Source: Capsulimonadaceae bacterium (lineage in GTDB: Bacteria; Armatimonadota; Armatimonadia; Armatimonadales; Capsulimonadaceae). Taken from it: a stretch of 64,000 nucleotides of DNA. Shown one piece after another: positions 1 to 9,527 of this stretch (position 1 is its first letter; each line of letters opens with the position of its first letter). A model generated the notes under the pieces. It was not told where the DNA came from, did not search any database, and saw only the letters and a program-made list of their open reading frames with translations. The translations under genes and the position numbers were made by a program. The stretch spans positions 1,536,001 through 1,600,000 of the forward strand of contig OZ244065.1 of the NCBI GenBank assembly GCA_965215505.1, in the 5' to 3' direction.

Positions 1-297
1 TACGTCGCCTCGCTCGCCAGCCTGTACCGCCGCGCCGAGGCGTCCGGGACCGCCCTGGAGACGCTCTACCGCCAGTTCCTCCGGGACGTCTGCGGGCGGC
101 TGGCCCTGCCGCCGGACGTGAACCTGGAGCGGCTGGCCGACGTCGCCGCCCGGCGCGGGCAGGTGAACAAGGAGAAGTTCCGCCGCCTGCTGGCGACCTG
201 CGAGATGCGGCTGGACGCGGGGAAAGTGACCGAGGCCGAACTGCTGGACCTGACCCGGCAGATGGAGAGTATCAGAAAGGAAATCGGCATTGCCTGA
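1..297 (+). CDS. 3' part of a probable DUF4350-type protein (truncated by window edge)
   Basis: Open frame 1 (YVASLASLYRRAEAS...RKEIGIA*) ending TGA at 295-297 directly before MoxR; DUF4350-MoxR adjacency is a common arrangement. Confidence 0.55.
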   Translation, partial: YVASLASLYRRAEASGTALETLYRQFLRDVCGRLALPPDVNLERLADVAARRGQVNKEKFRRLLATCEMRLDAGKVTEAELLDLTRQMESIRKEIGIA

Positions 298-304
298 AGA
301 TTTC

Positions 305-1429
305 ATGCCCGACGAGACGACAAGAACCCAGACACAGCCGACTCAACAGCAGACGCAGGAGCCGAACGCGCCGCGTGCCCCAGAGGCCGCGCAGCCCTCC
401 TGGGGGGCATCGCCTTCGGTGAACTTCTTCACCCCGCCTCCCGTCGAGACGCCCCTGACTCCCTCCTACCAGGCAGCGGGCGGTGAGGTGCAGCGGGTGG
501 CCCAGGCCATCACCGCCGAGGTCCACAAGGCCGTCGTCGGCCAGGACGAGACCATCGAGAACGCCCTCGCCGGGCTGCTGGCCGATGGCCACATCCTGCT
601 CGAAGGCGTGCCGGGGACGGCCAAAACGCTGCTCGTCCGCGCGCTGGCCGCCGCCATCTCGGGCGAGTTCAAGCGAATCCAGTTCACGCCGGACCTGATG
701 CCCTCGGACATCACGGGCACGCGCATCTTCGACCAGCAGGCGATGGAGTTCGTCTTCAAGCCCGGCCCGCTGTTCACCGGCCTGCTGCTGGCCGACGAGA
801 TCAACCGGACGCCGCCCAAGACGCAGGCGGCCCTGCTGGAAGCGATGCAGGAGCATCGGGTCACGGTGGACGGCGAGACGCACGACCTGCCCGCCGTGTT
901 CATGGTCTTCGCCACCCAGAACCCCATCGAGTTTGAAGGCACTTACCCGCTGCCCGAGGCCCAATTAGACCGGTTCCTGCTGAAGATCCTGGTCGCCTAC
1001 CCGCCGCTCGAAGCCGAGCAGATGGTCCTGCGCCGCTACCACGAGGGCTTCGACGCCAACGACCTGCACTCCGTCGGCATCCGGCCCGTCGCCGACGCCG
1101 AGACGATCCAGCGCTGCCGCGCTCTGATCAAGAAGGTCCGGGTCGAGGAAACGATGTTCCAATACATCACGCGCCTCGTCGCAGCCACGCGCGACCACCG
1201 GCAGCTCGTCCTGGGGGCCAGCCCGCGCGCCTCCATCGCCCTGCTCGGGGTTGGCAAGGCGCTGGCCGCCATGCGGGGCCGCGACTTCCTGATCCCCGAC
1301 GACGTCAAGGCTATCGCCCCCGCTACCCTGCGCCACCGGCTGCTGCTGCGGCCCGAGGCCGAGATCGAGGGCGTCAGCGCCGACCGGGTCATCGAGAACA
1401 TCCTGGACGGTCTGGAAGTGCCGCGCTGA
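305..1429 (+). CDS. moxR: MoxR-family AAA+ ATPase
   Basis: Walker A GVPGTAKT, RIQFTPDLMPSD, LLADEINRTPPKTQAALLEAMQE, ATQNPIEFEGTYPLPEAQLDRF; start 305 (ATG) or 290 (TTG). Confidence 0.95.
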   Translation: MPDETTRTQTQPTQQQTQEPNAPRAPEAAQPSWGASPSVNFFTPPPVETPLTPSYQAAGGEVQRVAQAITAEVHKAVVGQDETIENALAGLLADGHILLEGVPGTAKTLLVRALAAAISGEFKRIQFTPDLMPSDITGTRIFDQQAMEFVFKPGPLFTGLLLADEINRTPPKTQAALLEAMQEHRVTVDGETHDLPAVFMVFATQNPIEFEGTYPLPEAQLDRFLLKILVAYPPLEAEQMVLRRYHEGFDANDLHSVGIRPVADAETIQRCRALIKKVRVEETMFQYITRLVAATRDHRQLVLGASPRASIALLGVGKALAAMRGRDFLIPDDVKAIAPATLRHRLLLRPEAEIEGVSADRVIENILDGLEVPR

Positions 1430-1469
1430 CAAGTGCCACGCCCAGGGCGCGGCGGAAAAGAGTGTCCGA

Positions 1470-2339
1470 GTGAAATTCCACATCGCCCATATGACGCGCT
1501 ACGAATACGACGCCCCGCTCCTGGGCGAGTGCTTCATGGAGGCACGGCTGCGCCCGCTCACCGTGCCCGGCGAGCAGGTCTGCCGCGAGTACGCGATCAC
1601 AACCGACCCGCCGGTCCCGGTCTTCGGCTACGACCAGCTCCACCAAATGGGCCTGGTCAACCACTTCGTCCTGCGCGGTGCCCCGCACCAGTCCCTGACC
1701 ATCCAGGCCGAGTCCACGGTGGAGACCCTGCGCGACAACCCGTTCGAGGGCCTGAACCTACTGGCCGAGGACTGGCCGATGCTGGCCGACCCCGCCCTGC
1801 ACGAGCAGTTCGCCGAGTTCCTAGCCCCCACCCCCCAGGTCCCCCTCTACGGGACCTGGAGCGGCCCCGAGCCGCTGCCCGGCGTCCTGGCCTACGCCCA
1901 GGCGCTCTCGGACGAGATCTACACCCAGTTCGAGTATGTGCCCGGCTCAACGGACATCACGACGCCGCTGGCCGAGTTCATCGCCGGTCGGCGCGGCGTC
2001 TGCCAGGACTACGCCCACCTGATGCTCGCCGCCGCCCGTTCGCGCGGCGTCCCCGCCCGCTACGTCAGCGGGTACATCTACGCGGGCGCGGAGGACGGCA
2101 CGAACGGGGCGGGCGCGACCCACGCCTGGGTCGAGCTGTACCTGCCCCACGCTCAGGACTGGAAGGGCTTCGACCCGACCAACAACATCCTCGTCGCCGA
2201 CCGCCACATCAAGGTAGCAGTGGGCCGCGACTACTCCGACGTGCCGCCGACCAAGGGCCTCGTGCGGGCCGCGATGGGGAGTACCCTCCCGTCGGCGACG
2301 GCGCTAAAGGTTGAGGTGCGTGTGGAGAAGATGGAATAG
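1470..2339 (+). CDS. Transglutaminase-like protein with N-terminal bacterial transglutaminase-associated domain
   Basis: GVCQDYAH (Cys), THAWVE (His), GFDPTN (Asp), VAVGRDYSDV. Confidence 0.9.
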   Translation: MKFHIAHMTRYEYDAPLLGECFMEARLRPLTVPGEQVCREYAITTDPPVPVFGYDQLHQMGLVNHFVLRGAPHQSLTIQAESTVETLRDNPFEGLNLLAEDWPMLADPALHEQFAEFLAPTPQVPLYGTWSGPEPLPGVLAYAQALSDEIYTQFEYVPGSTDITTPLAEFIAGRRGVCQDYAHLMLAAARSRGVPARYVSGYIYAGAEDGTNGAGATHAWVELYLPHAQDWKGFDPTNNILVADRHIKVAVGRDYSDVPPTKGLVRAAMGSTLPSATALKVEVRVEKME

Positions 2340-2370
2340 CAGACGGCCCGAATTAGGAGGAGACACGGAC

Positions 2371-2961
2371 GTGACTGAGGCAGAGACACGAATCCAGCAG
2401 GAACTCGTCGCCATCGTGGATGTTCTCAGCGAACTGACGGGGCTAACGTCTCGGTGGAGCGGCGAGGTCGAACTGACACAGGACCCACGGGTTTTGGGCC
2501 GCAAACCGTTCACCTGCCGTATTGTCTTGAACGAGCGCCTGGCTGACCAACCTGTGCGCTGGCGGACACTGATACATGAGGCACTACACTCGTTCTCAGC
2601 CGGGTATAACATGACTGACTACCAAGCGTTCCTCGGCTGGGAGGAAGGCGTCGTTGAACAGACTCAGCGGCTGCTCCGCCCCACTATCCTGAAAAGGCTT
2701 GGGCTTCAGATAGACGGGGCAGTCTTCGAGCCGGTCGAGACGGCTTATTCGTTCAACAAGTACATAGGAGCGCTAGAACGGCTGCGCGGCGCTTTGCAGC
2801 GCGCGGATGAACTGGCGTTCTATATCGGCCTTCTCGCCACGCAGATCAAGCAGAGGCATAACCTTCTATTCGGTGCGGGCAACCGCCTCCCGAGCAAACA
2901 GCGTGTCGTGTTCATCACCATCTTCTCGGAAGCAAATTCTGTGTTAAAAGAGGCTCCTTAA
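2371..2961 (+). CDS. Putative HEXXH zinc metallopeptidase, toxin-like, no signal peptide
   Basis: LIHEALHS followed ~20 aa later by EEGVVE; AGGAGG RBS before GTG 2371; lower GC than backbone. Confidence 0.7.
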   Translation: MTEAETRIQQELVAIVDVLSELTGLTSRWSGEVELTQDPRVLGRKPFTCRIVLNERLADQPVRWRTLIHEALHSFSAGYNMTDYQAFLGWEEGVVEQTQRLLRPTILKRLGLQIDGAVFEPVETAYSFNKYIGALERLRGALQRADELAFYIGLLATQIKQRHNLLFGAGNRLPSKQRVVFITIFSEANSVLKEAP

Positions 2962-3194
2962 TGAACTATACTGAACACCCCGAGCGCGAGCGTATATTAG
3001 ATCAGGCACTCAGAGCTAGAACGCTCTCCGAGATCGCAACGGCAGCCCGTGAGATGGACCAGTGGGTAGAGGATCATCCTGATGACTTAGGCATTTTGGA
3101 CGCCTACGAGGTGCTGGCGAACATGCAGGAGATCGCCGAGTTCCAGCAACAGGAGGAGATGAGCCACCGACCTCTTGCTGGGGCAGTTGCCTAA
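2961..3194 (+). CDS. Small acidic helical protein (77 aa), candidate partner/antitoxin of the upstream peptidase
   Basis: TAATG stop/start overlap; paralog at 4812-5042 supports coding status. Confidence 0.75.
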   Translation: MNYTEHPERERILDQALRARTLSEIATAAREMDQWVEDHPDDLGILDAYEVLANMQEIAEFQQQEEMSHRPLAGAVA

Positions 3195-3213
3195 GTCAAA
3201 CTCGCCGTCATTT

Positions 3214-3238
3214 CCGACCGCCACGTCAAGGTCGCCGT
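3214..3238 (+). repeat. Diverged copy of a 3' segment of the transglutaminase gene (2197-2221)
   Basis: CCGACCGCCACGTCAAGGTCGCCGT vs CCGACCGCCACATCAAGGTAGCAGT, 22/25 identical (DRHVKVAV vs DRHIKVAV). Confidence 0.65.
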
Positions 3239-3493
3239 TCCCAATTAGAGGTAAGCAGCATGGCGTTAATATCCTGTCCTGACTGTGCAAAAAAAATCAG
3301 TAGCTTTGCTGAATCCTGTCCAAGTTGCGGCTATCCTCTCAAACCGGCATCGTCAACGAACATCCCGAATCACCAGTTGAGGAACTGCCGAGACTGCATA
3401 CAAGGTGAAGCCAAAGACACATGTGGCGAATGCAATGGCAGTGGAACTGAGAACTGTTTTCTTTGTAATGGTGAGGGCATCATTTACAAAGAT

Positions 3494-4308
3494 GGTAGTG
3501 GTTTCATGAGTGTTGTTGGCTGGCAGCCACGCCGGGAGCCATGTGCGTGTTGTAGTGGTGCAGGAACAGCCGCAGGCAGTCCTCATGCATCACCTCCGAC
3601 TTGCTGAACGAGAGCGTCTGCCGCACGAACCGGGCGAGGCGCTGCCGCAGCGTGTTGTTGAACCGCTCGATATGATCAGTCTGGCCGCTGCCCTTGCCGC
3701 AGGCGACGTGCTGCCCCTCCGGCACCACCTTCTGGTACGCCCCCCAGAAGTCCGTGAACGTCAGCGCCTGGCGCAGCCGACGCGGGACGCGCTCCCACAG
3801 CAGGCGGCAGGTCCGCACGCCCCGGTCCCCGAGGGCGTAGGCGACGACCTGGCGCGTCCGGCGGCACAGGGCGAGCCACACCCACCGCTTGTTCTTGCGC
3901 CGTGCGACGAACGACCAGAGTTCGTCGAGTTCCAGCACGTCATCGCGTCGGACGGGGGCCAGCGTCTCGGGGAGCGGCGGTAAGTGGCGGGCTTTTTTTT
4001 AGCCAGCCGCTCAGGGTGTTCCGCCCGATGCCGAAGAGGCGGCAGACCCCGCGCATCGAGGCGCGCTCCTGGTAGGCCGCGAGGGCGCGGGCTTGGGTTT
4101 CCGCGCGCCGGGCGCGACGGCTCGCCTGCTCCTGGGCGTCCTGGAAGGTGCGGCGGCAGTCGTGGCAGCGGTAGCGCTGGCGGTCGGCTTTGTCTTTGCC
4201 GTGGCGGATGACGTTCTGGCTCTGGCAGTGGGCGCAGTGAAGGACTTGGATGACCATGTTCGGAGTCTACCCAGCGGACGAGACAACAACATCCTTGAAA
4301 CCACTACC
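3494..4308 (-). mobile_element. IS1-family insertion sequence (815 bp)
   Basis: 25-bp terminal IRs GGTAGTGGTTTCA(T/A)G..TGTTGTTG (22/25); 8-bp TSD ACAAAGAT at 3486-3493 and 4309-4316. Confidence 0.95.
3504..4257 (-). CDS. IS1 transposase (InsA/InsB, frameshift fusion)
   Basis: InsA CxxC...CxxC plus HTH (3940-4257); InsB ELDELWSFV, TDFW, HIERFNNTLRQRLARFVR (3504-3938); A8G slippery run at 3993-4000. Confidence 0.92.
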
Positions 4309-4811
4309 ACAAAGATTATTCAGATGTCACTTGCACCATGTGCAACGGAAACTCGCGCCACACATGTGGATCGTGCGCTGGACACGGCTATATCACTTGC
4401 AGATGTCAAGTGTGTGAGGGCACAGGGCAACTCACTTTTGAGGAGTTCGATGCTCTCAACAACAAAAGGCAGGAAGAAGCAAGAGAAAAAGCGGAAGCGC
4501 AGGCCCGCGTGGCCGAGCAACGACGGGCGGAAGAGCAAAAACAACAAAAACTAAAGGAAAAGAATAAAGCCCGCCTGTTGAGAGAAGAACAGATCAGAGC
4601 AAAGTGGGAAGAGACTGAACGCGCCTTGAAGGAGCAACGCATATATGAAAAACTATGCGTCGTTTGCGGAAGACCTCTAACCTTTTTCGAGAAGCTTGGT
4701 AACAAGGAATCTCACAATAAATGTCTTTGAGTTCTTCCTCTCACACTACGTTTGAGCTATACACGGGAGCATTAGAATAGGCCAGCGCTTTGTGCTGAAA
4801 GATTTCATTCC

Positions 4812-5042
4812 ATGAACTACGCGAAAGATGGCGAACGACACCGGATCGCACATCAGGCGATGCGCGCTACAACGATGGCTGAGGTCATTCACGCAACGCG
4901 CGAACTAGACCAGTGGGTAGACGGCCACCCGGACGATCTTGGCATCATAGATGCTTATGAGATACTGGAAAACATGAAGGAGATCGTCGGAGAACAGCAG
5001 GCGGAGCGCAGCCGCGAAGCAAGGACGGAAATCGCGGCTTAA
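4812..5042 (+). CDS. Small protein, paralog of 2961-3194 (orphan copy)
   Basis: 39/65 identical aa with 2961-3194, shared DQWV..HPDDLGI.DAYE motif. Confidence 0.75.
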   Translation: MNYAKDGERHRIAHQAMRATTMAEVIHATRELDQWVDGHPDDLGIIDAYEILENMKEIVGEQQAERSREARTEIAA

Positions 5043-6472
5043 TTTAATATCGCCTTCGCCGCCGCCGAGGGCATCCGCTCGACGACGCAGACTTCGCGGC
5101 CCACGGCGCGCTCGAACTCGGCCAGGGTCATGTCGTCCAGAAACACGTCCCGATCGGGGTCGCGCAGCATGATGGACGGGAGGACCACGCGCTCGCCGAC
5201 CGCCCCGCCCATCCTGTTCAGGGCCTCGGCGATGTCGTGGCCGGTCAGCAGACCCGCGACACTGATGTTGCCCTCAAAAAAGGTGTTGTGGACGGCGCAG
5301 ACGTTGACGCTCAGGTTCTCCACCCGGTTGAAGGTGTCGGCCAAGGCCCCGACGAACGGCGCGGCCAGCTCGCCCGTCACCAATGTGGCCGAGCGCGGTG
5401 CGGCGAGCCGGGCCGGCAGGCGGCGGGCTACTTTCTGCACGTCGTCTTCGAACAGGCGCACCAGGCCGACGCCGTCTTCAAGCTGAGGGAAGCCCTCGTA
5501 CTGCCGCGCTGGCGGGACGGGCACACCGGCGCTCAGGTATAGCTCATCGCTGAGGAAGGCAAAGTTCGTGCCAAGCTCTTTGCGGAAGCCGCGCCGCCAT
5601 CCTTCGGCCTCCTGGACGAGTGCATGGGCGAAGGCGGGCGTGCAGGTCTTCAGGGCGGCCAGCCGGTCCCGGAACTGCGTCAGACCGACCGGCACGACGG
5701 CGACGGACAGGACGCCGCCATGCGTCCCGCGCGCCTCGGGGTGCAGCGCGGCCAGCTCGCGCACCGTCTGTGCAAGGACCGGACCGTCGTTGTAGCCGGG
5801 GCACAGGACGACCTGCCCGTGCACCTGGATCTTGGCATCGGCCAGCATCTGGAGGCGGGGCAGGATCGCTTCCGGCCCCTTGCGCCCCAGCATCCGCCCG
5901 CGCACTTCGGGGTCGGTGGCGTGGACCGAGACGAACAGCGGCGAGAGCTTCTGGTCTATCACGCGCTGGAACTCGTCCTCGCCCATGTTGGTCAGGGTCA
6001 GATAGTTGCCGTGCAGGAACGAGAGCCGGTAGTCGTCGTCCTTGATGTAAAGGGAAGGCCGCAGGCCCTTGGGCTGCTGGTACAGAAAGCAGAAGACGCA
6101 CTTGTTCTTGCAGATGTGGACCCGGTCGAACAGGTCGTCGCCGAACTCAATCCCCAGGTCTTCGTCGTACTCCTTGGCGATCTCGAAGTGGAGCGGGCCG
6201 ACGCCCGCGCGCTCCACGTCCAGCGTGGCCCGCTCGCCCGCCGACAGAAAGGCGAAGTCCACGATGTCTAACACGGGCTGGCCGTTGACGTGCGTGACCA
6301 CGTCCCCGACACGGACTCCCGCGCGGGCACCCGCCATGTCCGGGTCGAGAGTCAGGACGCGCGCCCGGTCGGCCTTCGCCCGCCGCGTCACGACGTTCTC
6401 GTCGGCCATCGGCAGGGCCAGCGTGCCGGCCTGCGTGTTACGCCGGACCATGTTTTCGGTATTCATTGCCAT
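5039..6472 (-). CDS. PDZ + radical-SAM-like DUF512 Fe-S protein
   Basis: N-terminal PDZ-like segment, CKNKCVFC, LYIKDDDYRLSFLHGNYLTLTN, QLEDGVGL. Confidence 0.9.
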   Translation of the reverse strand: MAMNTENMVRRNTQAGTLALPMADENVVTRRAKADRARVLTLDPDMAGARAGVRVGDVVTHVNGQPVLDIVDFAFLSAGERATLDVERAGVGPLHFEIAKEYDEDLGIEFGDDLFDRVHICKNKCVFCFLYQQPKGLRPSLYIKDDDYRLSFLHGNYLTLTNMGEDEFQRVIDQKLSPLFVSVHATDPEVRGRMLGRKGPEAILPRLQMLADAKIQVHGQVVLCPGYNDGPVLAQTVRELAALHPEARGTHGGVLSVAVVPVGLTQFRDRLAALKTCTPAFAHALVQEAEGWRRGFRKELGTNFAFLSDELYLSAGVPVPPARQYEGFPQLEDGVGLVRLFEDDVQKVARRLPARLAAPRSATLVTGELAAPFVGALADTFNRVENLSVNVCAVHNTFFEGNISVAGLLTGHDIAEALNRMGGAVGERVVLPSIMLRDPDRDVFLDDMTLAEFERAVGREVCVVERMPSAAAKAILN

Positions 6473-6586
6473 AGCGCTCTATTATACCTGAACGCGCCGG
6501 GGCATCTCCGGGTTCCTGGGCGGAGCGGCTGCAACTTTTCCCGCCGCGCCGTGTCTCACTAGTAATAGGGAAAGAATTGATGACCG

Positions 6587-7291
6587 ATGACGCCGACCGA
6601 CCGACGCCCAAGCTGGACCCACGCCCTGGCGGGCCTGCCGCGCCTGGACCCGGACGTCGCCCTCGTCCGACAGTTCCGGGCGACGGCGGACCCGGCCGTC
6701 TTTGAGATACTGTTCCGCAAGTACCAGACGCCGGTCTTCAGCCTGGTCTACCGGATGGTCAACGGTGAGGACGCCTACGATCTGACCCAGGAGGTCTTTT
6801 TGCGCGCCCTGCGCGCCCTCCCGTCGTTCAAGGGGGACGCCAAGTTCCGGACCTGGCTGCTGACCATCGCGCGCAACGTCTGCCTGAACCACCTGCGGGA
6901 CGCCAAGCTGCGGGCGGGCTTCGAGGAAGGGTCGCTCGACGAGGAGCCGGAGACGCCGGGCTACATCCCGGAGCCGGGCGACCCGTCCGCCGACATCGCC
7001 CGCATCGTCGAGGTCCGCGAATTGCAAAGGATCGTGGACCGCGTCCTGGCGGAACTGACGCCCGAACAGCGGCTCTTGATCACGCTGCGCGACCTGCAAG
7101 GGCTGTCCTATGAGGAGGTCGCCGAGATCACCGACCTGAGCCTGGTCAACGTCAAGTCCAAGCTGCACCGGGCGAGGCTGGCCTTCAAGACGAAGTTTCA
7201 GCCGTTCCTGGCCCTGGTCAGCCCGGAACTTGACCAGGCAGGACCAAAGGAACAACACAAAGAACACGCGAAGGGGGGTGAGCCGTCGTGA
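6587..7291 (+). CDS. ECF RNA polymerase sigma factor
   Basis: DLTQEVFLRA, FRTWLLTIARN (region 2); GLSYEEVAEI...VKSKLHRAR (region 4). Confidence 0.92.
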   Translation: MTPTDRRPSWTHALAGLPRLDPDVALVRQFRATADPAVFEILFRKYQTPVFSLVYRMVNGEDAYDLTQEVFLRALRALPSFKGDAKFRTWLLTIARNVCLNHLRDAKLRAGFEEGSLDEEPETPGYIPEPGDPSADIARIVEVRELQRIVDRVLAELTPEQRLLITLRDLQGLSYEEVAEITDLSLVNVKSKLHRARLAFKTKFQPFLALVSPELDQAGPKEQHKEHAKGGEPS

Positions 7292-7695
7292 CACGGGATG
7301 AGGCGCGCGCGCGCTATTCGGACTACCTGGAGGACGCCCTGGACCCGGCGGCGCGCGACGCCATGCAGGCGTTCCTGGCGCGGGAGCCGGAGGCGGCGGC
7401 CGAACTGATCGGCCTGGAGCGGACTCTGGCACGGCTGCATCGCCTGCCGCCGCGCGAGCCTGTTTTAGACATCTGGCGCGAGTTCGCGCCGCAGGTGGAG
7501 GCGTTCCGCGCCGAGCGGCGGCGGAGTCCCGCCACGCGCCTGCGGCTGCACTGGGGCGCGCTGCTGTCGCAGATCAGTGCGGGCGTCATCCTCTGGACGC
7601 ACGCCCTGGCCCACCGCGCCCACTCCGGCCTGGGCCACCACATGCACCACGAACACACGCCGCTCTTCCACGCGGAAAACCGACGGAAAGGGTAA
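7288..7695 (+). CDS. Putative anti-sigma factor (degenerate ZAS-like N-terminus, His-rich C-terminus)
   Basis: GTGA overlap with sigma gene; N-terminus YSDYLEDALD...MQAFLAREPEA. Confidence 0.7.
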   Translation: MTRDEARARYSDYLEDALDPAARDAMQAFLAREPEAAAELIGLERTLARLHRLPPREPVLDIWREFAPQVEAFRAERRRSPATRLRLHWGALLSQISAGVILWTHALAHRAHSGLGHHMHHEHTPLFHAENRRKG

Positions 7696-7699
7696 AGCC

Positions 7700-8218
7700 G
7701 TGACCGAATCGAATAAGCTGATGTACTGGCTCCTCACCATGCACCTGCGCGAGATGACGGAGCGCCTGCGTCAGATCCCGGAGGACAAGTGGGACTGGAC
7801 GTTCGCGCCGCCCGCGCCCACCCCGCGCATTCTGGCCTCCCACACCTGGCAGTGGCTCGTCTGCGACCGTCAGCACATCGAGGAGCCGGACGCCGCCAAG
7901 CACCCGCTCGTCCCCGATCCGCCCGCCGAGCCGTCCGCGATGTGCGACGCGCTGGACGCCGAAACGGACCGCTGGGAGGCGCTGCTGCGCCGCCTGACGC
8001 CCGAAGAGATGGACGCGCCCACCTTGCAGTTCAACGAGTTCCAAATGTCGGTCAAGGGCTTTGTCGGCCACATCGTCCAGAACTCGATCTACAAGCATGG
8101 GCAGCTTGCGACCCTCTACTTCGCGCTTGGGCTGGACGGCGACGCGCCGTATGACGCCCCCTTCCCCAACCCGATCTATGCGAAGCTGTACGAGATGGGA
8201 AACCATGAAACGCCTTAG
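7700..8218 (+). CDS. DinB-family protein
   Basis: Helical ~172 aa with ILASH and HIVQNSIYKHGQL. Confidence 0.7.
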   Translation: MTESNKLMYWLLTMHLREMTERLRQIPEDKWDWTFAPPAPTPRILASHTWQWLVCDRQHIEEPDAAKHPLVPDPPAEPSAMCDALDAETDRWEALLRRLTPEEMDAPTLQFNEFQMSVKGFVGHIVQNSIYKHGQLATLYFALGLDGDAPYDAPFPNPIYAKLYEMGNHETP

Positions 8219-9497
8219 AGTGAAACGCCTTAGCGTCCTCTTCGTCTTCCTGCTGCTCCTTACCGCAGGCGCAGGCCATACCGACCCGCCCCGCGTGGTC
8301 GTGATCAACGTCCACGGCACCGTCTGGCCGGGCACGGCGACCTTCGTCCGACACCAGCTCGACACCGCCTACCGGCAGGGCGCGGCGGGCGTCATCCTGG
8401 ACCTGGACACGACCGGCGGCTCGCCCGCCGCCGCCGGGGACATCAAGCAGGCGATATTAGACCACCAATCGGCCTTCCCCATCGCCGCCTTCGTCCATGA
8501 CCACGCGACCGGGCCGGGCAGCCTGATCGCCGTCGCCTGCAAGCCGCTGGCCCTCTCGCCCGGTGCCTCGCTGGGGGACGCCCCCACCGGCGTAAAATCC
8601 GAGTTCCAGGCCGCAGCCGACGCCAGCCACCGCAACCCGGCCATCGCCGCCGCCTTCGTCGCCGCTGATTCGGACCTGCCCTCCCTGGGCGTCAAGTCTG
8701 GGGACAGCCTGACCCTGACGGCGGGGCAGGCGCAGGGTGTCGGCTACGCGGACCTCATCGCCTCCTACCCCACCGACATTCTCGCCAAGATGGGACCGGG
8801 CGTGGCCGGGGCGCAGCTTTCCACGGTGGAACTCTCCCCCTGGCAGGCCGCCGCCCTGTGGATCACCCAGCCCTGGGCCACCATCCTGCTGCTGGCCCTG
8901 GGCCTGGCCCTCGTGCTGGCCGAGGTGCTGACCCTGCACACCTGGGGCGTCGCGGGCATCGCGGGGGGCCTGCTGGTCGCGCTCATCTTCGCCGCATACA
9001 TCACCGTCGGCGCGGCCACCTGGATCGGCGTCCTGCTGTTCCTGGGCGGCTGCGCCCTGCTGCTGCTGGAAACCCACGTCCTGCCCGGACACGGCTGGCC
9101 CGCCTTGACCGGCCTGGGCCTGATCTTCGTCGGCCTGTTCTACGCGCTGGGCGGCTCACAGGCCGGGGCGCTCTACCCCGCCGCCACCGCCCTATTCGTC
9201 ACCGTCGCCCTGCTGGTCGCCTTCTTCCTGTACCTCCCGAAGTCCGGCGTCTGGAAGCGCCTGGGCCAGCCGATGCGCCAGACCGCCCAGTCCGGCTATG
9301 TGTCCAGCGACGACTACACCGGGTTTTTGGGTCGTCACGGCGTCGCCGTCACCCTCCTGCGCCCGTCCGGCACGGCGGAGTTCGAGGGCGTCCGCCTGCC
9401 CGTGGTCAGTGACGGCGAGTTCGTGCCGCCCGGAACTGCCGTCCAGGTCGTGACCGTGCAAGGGAACCGGATCGTCGTCCGGCCCGAGGAGGGCTGA
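8205..9497 (+). CDS. Long-form NfeD-family membrane protein (ClpP-like N-domain, TM region, OB fold)
   Basis: Signal peptide, ILDLDTTGG, TM block, C-terminal LRPSGTAEFEG...VQGNRIVV. Confidence 0.88.
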   Translation: MKRLRVKRLSVLFVFLLLLTAGAGHTDPPRVVVINVHGTVWPGTATFVRHQLDTAYRQGAAGVILDLDTTGGSPAAAGDIKQAILDHQSAFPIAAFVHDHATGPGSLIAVACKPLALSPGASLGDAPTGVKSEFQAAADASHRNPAIAAAFVAADSDLPSLGVKSGDSLTLTAGQAQGVGYADLIASYPTDILAKMGPGVAGAQLSTVELSPWQAAALWITQPWATILLLALGLALVLAEVLTLHTWGVAGIAGGLLVALIFAAYITVGAATWIGVLLFLGGCALLLLETHVLPGHGWPALTGLGLIFVGLFYALGGSQAGALYPAATALFVTVALLVAFFLYLPKSGVWKRLGQPMRQTAQSGYVSSDDYTGFLGRHGVAVTLLRPSGTAEFEGVRLPVVSDGEFVPPGTAVQVVTVQGNRIVVRPEEG

Positions 9498-9527
9498 GGC
9501 GGGGTGTGGTAAGTCAGACAGAGAACA

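Larger units (their letters stand above)
3260..4730 (+). pseudogene. Zinc-ribbon / DnaJ-type CxxCxGxG-repeat protein with coiled coil, interrupted by IS1
   Basis: Removing 3494-4316 joins ...GIIYKD to YSDVTCTMCNG... in frame, giving a 215-aa ORF. Confidence 0.85.
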
